A stretch of 53,164 nucleotides of DNA, filler included, from Catajapyx aquilonaris (taxonomy: Eukaryota), in assembly GCA_000934665.2 (NCBI GenBank). It is 2 parts of 2 records of this genome, joined end to end, with 100 filler letters (N's around TTAATTAATTAA, not from the genome) between each part and the next. Parts side by side here need not be neighbours in the genome. Positions count along the whole stretch, not along the records: positions 26,636 to 53,164 come from JYFJ02005191.1; 1 more part is not named here. One strand, given 5' to 3'. A program made the translations under genes and the position numbers. Shown in pieces: positions 46,400 through 53,164 of this stretch; position 1 is the stretch's first letter; each line of letters opens with the position of its first letter. The notes under the pieces were generated by a model that was given only the letters and a program-made list of their open reading frames with translations, was not told where the DNA came from and ran no database searches.

Positions 46400-47420
46400 A
46401 ATGCAATGACATATGAATAACCCATACTTGAGCAATGAAGTGTACAATTACCTCTGACGTGACCCAACAGCACAGTGACTTGTATTATGACCATACATAT
46501 ATAAGCAATTAGTGCACAGGTGTAACGTTGTTTGTCCTCCTCGTGAAGAACCACTGACATCATGGGAAGCAATCAAGGTTACTGTTATATGTGGGACGAA
46601 ACCAACGGCAAAAGAGGCGCCACAGAAATCTGCACTGCTCTTCTCTCGTTCATTAGAATAAAGCGGGCGAGGGGGTGAGAGAGTTTGCATTCTATTCTGA
46701 TAATATATTGCACCGGTCAGAACAGAAATCAGTTTGTCGTCGGGATGAACAGCCATGCAGCTACTAAATATGGTGTGACAATCACTCATAACTTTCTTGA
46801 GAAAGGACATACACAAAATGAAGGAGACAGCATGCAGTGTTATTGAACACAGAGCCAAAACCATGAAAGTGTTCACTCCAGACCAGTGGTTTGCCATTGC
46901 CACGTCTGCGTGTGTCAAGAAGCCATATTCTGTATGTGAACTGTCACATGCTGACTTCATGGATTTCAAAAACCTTCCCAAAGATACAAACATGATGATG
47001 AAGAAAACAACGGATGGCAATCCGAATCCCTGGATGAAGATTCGCAGTGTCATGTTTGATAAGAACAATCCAGACAGGTTTTGCTTAGGGTAGGTTTATG
47101 ATTCAATGCAATAATATTGCAAGGTGATATACGTACTTAGAATCTAACTAGCGTAATAATATTAATAATTTGTCACTGCTTCAACAGAAACGACTACAAC
47201 CAGAATGAATATGACGTTGTGGAGCTGTTCCAAAGTCCTACCAGAAAATCCACTCGTACAGCATGACGTCGGGAATACAACGCTGTCGATTCTCTGACGG
47301 AATTACACACAACTGACCTGAAACCGGCCTATAAGGAAAGGCCGCTGATTGGCACACCAAAATTCAAAGATCTGAAGAAATTGTGTGACCAAATGCAGAT
47401 TCCTTCTATCTACCATGCCT
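46400..47420 (+). mobile_element. Sola-like DDE transposase remnant
   Basis: CYMWDET.GKRGATEI..FYSDN..GQNRN..FLEKGHTQNEGDS..VIE. Confidence 0.72.
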
Positions 47421-48839
47421 TTTACAGGAGGAGGTGATTTTTTTCAGTTACATTAGATTCACCATAACGTTTAAAAACCATAACCCTTTAAAACACGTTC
47501 CATTCCTAAATGTGACATAATGACGTTATCAATAACATGTCAATGTTCAACTTTCATTACATGCTTGAAATATATTTTTAAACATGCCCAACAATGATGA
47601 TTTTAGTGCCCTGGCACAAGCCATTGTTGGCACTTTCCCTGGTGAAGATAATGTATTGATGGAGATTCATAAGTTGAAAGTTTTCAAGCATGTTTAAATT
47701 TCAAATTAATTTTTGTAGGAAGAATATTATGACAATTACTCCTTGCTCAACACGAGGCGAGATATCAGCACATTCAGGAAATAAGATTTTATAAGGTAAA
47801 ATACCTACAGTACAGAAATCTGATTCCGCAACTGAAAACTGCTGCCACACTTAAATACTCTGAAGTATATGGTCATGATTTGGTAAGCTGTTAAAAATCA
47901 GCACAGCATTTTTCTCTTCCTTTCTGCTTATGTTACTTATTTTTTATTTAACTTTCACTTTCAGATTGACATTGACTTCAGCACGATACATTCAAGACAT
48001 GCTCTGCAACTGTTTACAAAGTGGCAGGAAACAGCTGCAGAAGCAATTGGCTGGCAACAATTGCCAGAATGAACTTCAGCACGCGAAAGAAACCACAGAT
48101 CAAGGTGAGGACCTCCGCACTTCTTCCATTTATTAACGTGTATCATTCAGTTATTGCTGTTATCCAATGAAATTAAGCACATGGTATCCAACTGTTTCTT
48201 GTGAAACTGGCAGGTGAGCAGTATATAAATAAGTGGAAAAATGTCAATAAGTGGAAAGGTAAGTGGAAAGGGAAATTTTCCACTTACCAGTAGAAAATTT
48301 GTCCACTTATCTCTCATCTTTTCCACTTACGTTCCCCACAAAGGCCGGAGTTTTCCCCCCTGACTCCTCACCAGTCGCCCTTCCCCTCTTGTGTTTTGTG
48401 CAAGTTGATTGAGAGGTTGCATCAGCCTGGAAGTGCTTGGCACAATACATGTGAGGAAGTTGCACTGGGGAGAGTCGAAGCCAGTCGAAGCAGAAGTGCT
48501 GAAGTCTCAATGAGTTTTTTCGGCCCTGGACATTCGGGGGCACCGGCGGGGACGCTGCACCAGCAAAAACTGTGAGTGTGATGTGTTCACATGACTGTTG
48601 CATACTACCCAGCCCTCGCACTCGAATGGTGCCGCTTCTTAGGCCACTCTCGCTGAGATGGTGTGCATTTTGCGGCCATGCACCAACAGATCATGCCAGA
48701 GTGACAGACAAGGGTAAGTACAATGTGTATAATATGTAAAGCAAAATTGCAAGGGACCCAAATTTTTTAAACATAGTTAAGTCGAGTCGACATTAAGCCT
48801 GGATTTTCAGAGACTTTACTATCCGTACTCTCAGCAAAA

Positions 48840-49760
48840 GCGAAGTTGATGCAGCCCGAATAACGGCAAGCAGTACTGCTGCTGGATGAAATGTCCATAA
48901 AAGAGGGTGTGTGCTAAAACCAAAAGCTGGACACGCTGGAGGGGTGCGAATATTTCGGCTCCCTCGCAGTGAAGATGTCCTTAGGATCAGGCACAGATAC
49001 ACATGCCCTGGTGCTGATGATCAGGGGTTTGCAACACAACTGGAAACAGCCCATCACTTACTTTTTAGCCCACAAGGGAACAAGGTGGTGAGCAACTGAA
49101 GCTGATTATTCTGGAAGAACTGAAGATATCAGAGGAAATTGCGTTCTCCATTCGCGCTGTCACAATGGAACAAGAACCAAACAACTAATCACAACAAAGG
49201 ATTTTATGCATTACACCGGAAGAGCCATACGTGTACTTAGAAGATGGCAGAAAGGTATACCGTCTTCCTCTCGTGCCTCACCTAATAAAAAGTGTACAGA
49301 ATAATCTGTCCAAGTACCACTGCACTGGACTCGTCTTTAGTCATTCCGTGTTAGCAGCCATTGCGACCCTAGTGACACTCGAGATAATGCCACAAGCAGC
49401 CCTCCACACATCTGTCATCTGCGACTAAATGATGTCATATTTGACATGTTGAACAGTCATGTTTTTCAGGAATCATCCAAGAGGTACGCATCGGCAGTGT
49501 CGCCACGAAATCCCTATGTTTAGGACAAACTATAAGGAGCCATCCTCTGGGTATCGACATGGAAAGCTATCGGGCGGGAAAGTCAGTGGCACCCGGATTC
49601 AACGGACTTTTGCAGACGACCAGGGCAGTCCTATTGTTTTGAGATGATCTCGAGAGGGAGCATGTCGGTTACTTAGCCACAAACCGGCTTAACCAAGACC
49701 CCTTACAAAACCTATTTTTCATTGTACGTTTCCGTTAGGGATGTTGTGATAGTCCCACTG
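48840..49760 (+). mobile_element. P-element/THAP9-type transposase remnant
   Basis: VLLLDEMSIK, ALVLMIRGL..WKQPITYF, PHLIKSVQNNL, IFDMLNS, RLNQDPLQNLF; many stops. Confidence 0.78.
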
Positions 49761-49853
49761 GTTACGGTTGGTTGGGTCGCTGCCAAGAACCCGTGTGGAA
49801 AGAGGAGGAGGGCGAAGGCTCCTTAGCATTTAGCCAAGAAACCATGCGCACTG

Positions 49854-50990
49854 TGTAACAAGGCATGTTGGACTATATATTTTTTTGTTTGTAAGCTTGT
49901 ATTTTGGAAAGGGGCATTTCACGTTGAGAGTGTATAAATACAGGTAGGGAGGTCTTGAAGAGGAGACTCCTGGGGTAGAGTGGAAGGAGAGCGTGTGTGC
50001 TCTGTCCTTCGGGTTGGGGGTTGCGGTAGGCACCCATTCCCACTTCGCCTTTGGTGTACAAGAGTTGGAAAAAGTTGTAGAAGGAGATTGTACTTTGTGA
50101 AGTGAATAAGATCAATGTGAAATTCACCCTGGAGTTATTCAAAAACCTGCATCGATACGTTTGACCATTCGGTTGGAGACAGTGTTACAAGTGGTAGCAG
50201 AACTAGTGACGGTTCGGAACGGTGCTCTTGCGAGCGGTGGCGTTCTCGGGCAGGTACGGTGACTTGTGGATGACCAGGTGTCCCGTTTTATTTATCGCCG
50301 CCGTGGGGAAATGGCCGCGGATTTCGCCGGTCAACTGGCGCAGGCGATGCAGGCGCTTCTGCAGTCGCAGCTCGCAGCAGCAGATGGTACAAGCCGTCGC
50401 GGGTCAGACACGGCATTTCGCGACGCCGAAAGGGGATTCCTTTGATGGGACTCAGGCAGTGGGCGTCCGCGCTTGGCTATTCCAGTTGGAAGCTGGATTT
50501 GCTGCTTCGAGGATATACCCGATGACTCGCGTTTAGTGCACGTACAGGCGTTGCTGACAGCGGGTGCGTTACAGTGGTATGTTCACCACACCGCGACCGA
50601 CGGTGCGTTTTATGATTTCGCCACGTTCAAAGCGGCCATGGTCAGGGCGTTTGAACCTGCCCATTTTCAAAGCAATTTACGGCGTGATATGGCGGGACTG
50701 CAACAGGATTCTTCCGTGCAGTGCTTTGTGCGCGACTTCCTGGGCCTCGTGAACCAGTCCAACGACATGTGCGAATTGGACAATGTCATTTTTTTTTTTT
50801 TTTTTGAGGGCTCCGACGTCGTACGAGGGCGGAAATGATTTTCTGCGACCCGCAGACGCTGACTGAGGCCATAGTCATGGCCACGCAGTTGGAGAAGGCG
50901 CACCAGCAGCGGCAGATAAATCCGAAGCAACGACGGCAGGACCAGTGGGATGATCGTCCGCCTAGACGCGGACGGCCTAAAACTCCGTAT
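49854..50990 (+). mobile_element. Ty3/Gypsy 5' LTR (49854-50189), tRNA-iMet-type PBS and decayed gag
   Basis: TGTAACA...TGTTACA termini; PBS TGGTAGCAG at 50192; FDGT..RAWLFQLE, GALQWY, FKAAMVRAF, LQQDSSV. Confidence 0.8.
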
Positions 50991-51216
50991 GGCGAAATCA
51001 ATTGCATTTGCATGTTCTCGCATTATTGCGGAACGGAAGAAACAGAAAAAAAAAATTATGATCGGAAATGACGATATGGCATTTTAAATGTTGGAAAATG
51101 GTTGCACGTCTTAACTGGTATTGTCCGTGGCTGTTCCAATACAAAATTTCAAGATGAGTTCCCGTAAGGGTTCAAACAAGGATTAGGTAAGTACACAGGA
51201 CTTTCAGTATCAATCG

Positions 51217-52500
51217 AGAGCGAAGTATCGCCCAGCAGATGTTGAGACCAAAATGTACATGTCACCCCAACAATGGTCGAAGGAAGTAAGTATACCCGCT
51301 TGATTACATCTAGGCTACTGGTTAGCCTCATTCCCGAGCGAAGTATCACGCAGCAGATGTTGAGACCAAAATGTACATGTCACCCCAACAATCGTCGAAG
51401 GAAGTAAGTACCCTCATGATTTTATTGCTCTCTCGTCGTCGGATACCACTTTGCGCAATTCACCACAAGTACGGATTCCAAATATCACCACCTCACCTCA
51501 CCACGCCCAGAGCAACGGCATGGCGGAGGCGGCTGTCAAAATAGTCAAACTAGCCATCAAAAGATCGCAAGACCCTTCCTTGGCCCTGCTGTCCTATCGC
51601 TTCACTCATGATAATGGCGACATGCCAGCAGAGCTGCTGATGGGACGCAGGCTGCGATCAACTGTCTCTATGCTCCCCAATCTCCTAAATCCTCACACAC
51701 CCGACCTGGACGCTCTGGCGGACAAGGAAAGAAGTATTAAGGACGGGCAGAAACGTCGGTACGACGCACGCCATGGGGTGCAGCACCTGCCACCCTTGGA
51801 ACCTGGCATATCTGTATGGATAGCCAATATGAGGGCAGAAGGGACGGTCGTACAGGTCTCTGAGGAGCCTCGCTCTTTCCTGGTTGCCACTCCACATGGA
51901 TGTGTACGCGGCAACCACAGATTCCTCACATCTACTCCGCAGGCAGCGACGACGCCAGCAAAGGGGCCTTCGACCTCACCAGGGACCCCTAACACTGGTA
52001 CACCGCCTGGCAGCCACCACGCCAGTTCCAGAAGCCATGCAGCTGTCAACGCTGGAGCCTGTCACAAAGAGAACTGGAAGGGCGGTCCGCCCCCCTGATA
52101 AACTCAACTTATAGTGTATACTTTATGAAAAGGATGGAGATGTACTATTATCTGGAGCATGTACTGGAGCTCATTTCTCACCCAGACAAGGTAATAAAGG
52201 AAGGAACTGGAGAGCGACCCTAAGATGGCGGATCAAGCTGGATGGATGTTTTATTGCTCTCTCTAAAACCCGTCATAAGTAACTTTCACTTGTCCATAAC
52301 AACACAGTTAGCATCATTCCAGAGCGAAGTATCGCCCAGCAGATGTTGAGACCAAAATGTATATGTCACCCAAGCAACTGTCGAAGGAAGTAAACCCCTC
52401 GATTACATCTACCTCATTCCAGAGCGAAGTATCGCCCTACAGGTGTTGAGACAAAGTCACCCCAACAACTGTTGAAGAGAGCGGTACCTCCATTCCAAGA
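51217..52500 (+). repeat. Four copies of a ~100-118-bp tandem unit, split by a Gypsy fragment
   Basis: GAGCGAAGTATCGCCCAGCAGATGTTGAGACCAAAATG.. at ~51217, 51335, 52322 and 52422. Confidence 0.85.
51460..52300 (+). mobile_element. Ty3/Gypsy integrase C-terminus, polypurine tract and start of 3' LTR
   Basis: TTSPHHAQSNGMAEAAVKIVK..PAELLMGRRLRS..RTGRAVRPPDKL; AAAAGGATGGAGA|TGT at 52141. Confidence 0.85.
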
Positions 52501-53164
52501 GTAAACACATCATCCTTCACAGAACAACTGCACACTGCTTTTCACAACATAATGTAATTCAAGGCTGCCCAACAAATGCAATGTATTCCACACATGAAAC
52601 AGCCAGCTTTACAGATAGGCAGCACCACTTCAAACACATTCCAAGATGGACAAATAAATTGATGAAATTATGGTACCATTCAATAGCTGCCATTGATTCA
52701 AGCAGTACATGTTCATGATGGTGATTCCAGAATTCTCTACAACTTCAATGTATACCAAGGCTCAGAGTACTCTCAACATGGGGTGAGAGGTATTGTTATG
52801 ATTTACATGACTGCAGCTCTGAAGCAGTATACCAATCAAATAGTGTGTGCACCTCACTTTTTGTGATATCACATTGGAATGTAATACCTGCGAACCTCCC
52901 GCCCATCCGGTTTATCCCTCAGGGCGGTGGAAATAAACATTATTATCATCAATTTTCTTTTAAAAAAAAAAACGTGTGTGCAGGGATGCAATCCGTTCCC
53001 TATTGGACATTTTCAAAAGTAAAATTGTGGCTAGCATGGACGCTGCTCTTCCAAGATTTTGGACATCCTGGGAAGAGTCACTCAGACTGCTACTCAACCA
53101 ATTAGAGGACCAAAAAGCAGCTACCCCCAACAGTGACGTAGCCAGGGGGGGGGACAGGGGGCTG

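Larger units (their letters stand above)
45240..47667 (+). repeat. ~250-bp direct repeat (45240-45490 / 47415-47667)
   Basis: ATGCCTTTTACAGGAGGAGGTGA...GATGGAGATT present twice with few differences. Confidence 0.85.

Noticed and set aside
48307..48621. Minus-strand THAP-like motif (YCAKHF)
   Set aside because: Other THAP residues are not recognisable; too weak to call or to count against the strand bias
51217..52500. CRISPR-like array
   Set aside because: Units are long and degenerate, linkers are related to each other, no cas genes, eukaryotic context

Overview
Eukaryotic (arthropod-like, possibly chelicerate; host not determinable) genomic DNA in two very different halves, joined by an artificial 100-nt spacer (N44-TTAATTAATTAA-N44, 26536-26635). 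LEFT (1-26.5 kb): a multi-exon bestrophin chloride-channel gene on + (7 well-supported core exons at 6192-13429, plus 5 phase-compatible exons to 17404 that would give a ~996-aa protein with a low-complexity, charged-helix tail). It faces the last exon of mitochondrial RBFA on -. Introns and the intergenic gap hold nested MITEs and several large fold-back inverted repeats, and upstream a Utopia/NeSL-type retroelement lies between a Helitron coding remnant and a Helitron 3' end. RIGHT (26.6-53.2 kb): no intact host gene recognised. It is a mosaic of ~20 short, decayed fragments of unrelated mobile elements: Polinton/Maverick polB and packaging ATPase, an F-type envelope, Gypsy LTR/gag/protease/integrase, LINE ORF1, Sola-like, mariner, P, EnSpm-like, Helitron, hAT BED, BESS and HECT. 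Every orientable mobile fragment is on +, whereas the one captured host-gene fragment (kinesin-6/KIF23) is on - and ends in a 46-bp hairpin. This architecture suggests a flamenco-like unistrand piRNA cluster. Family assignments come from motif recognition, not database searches.
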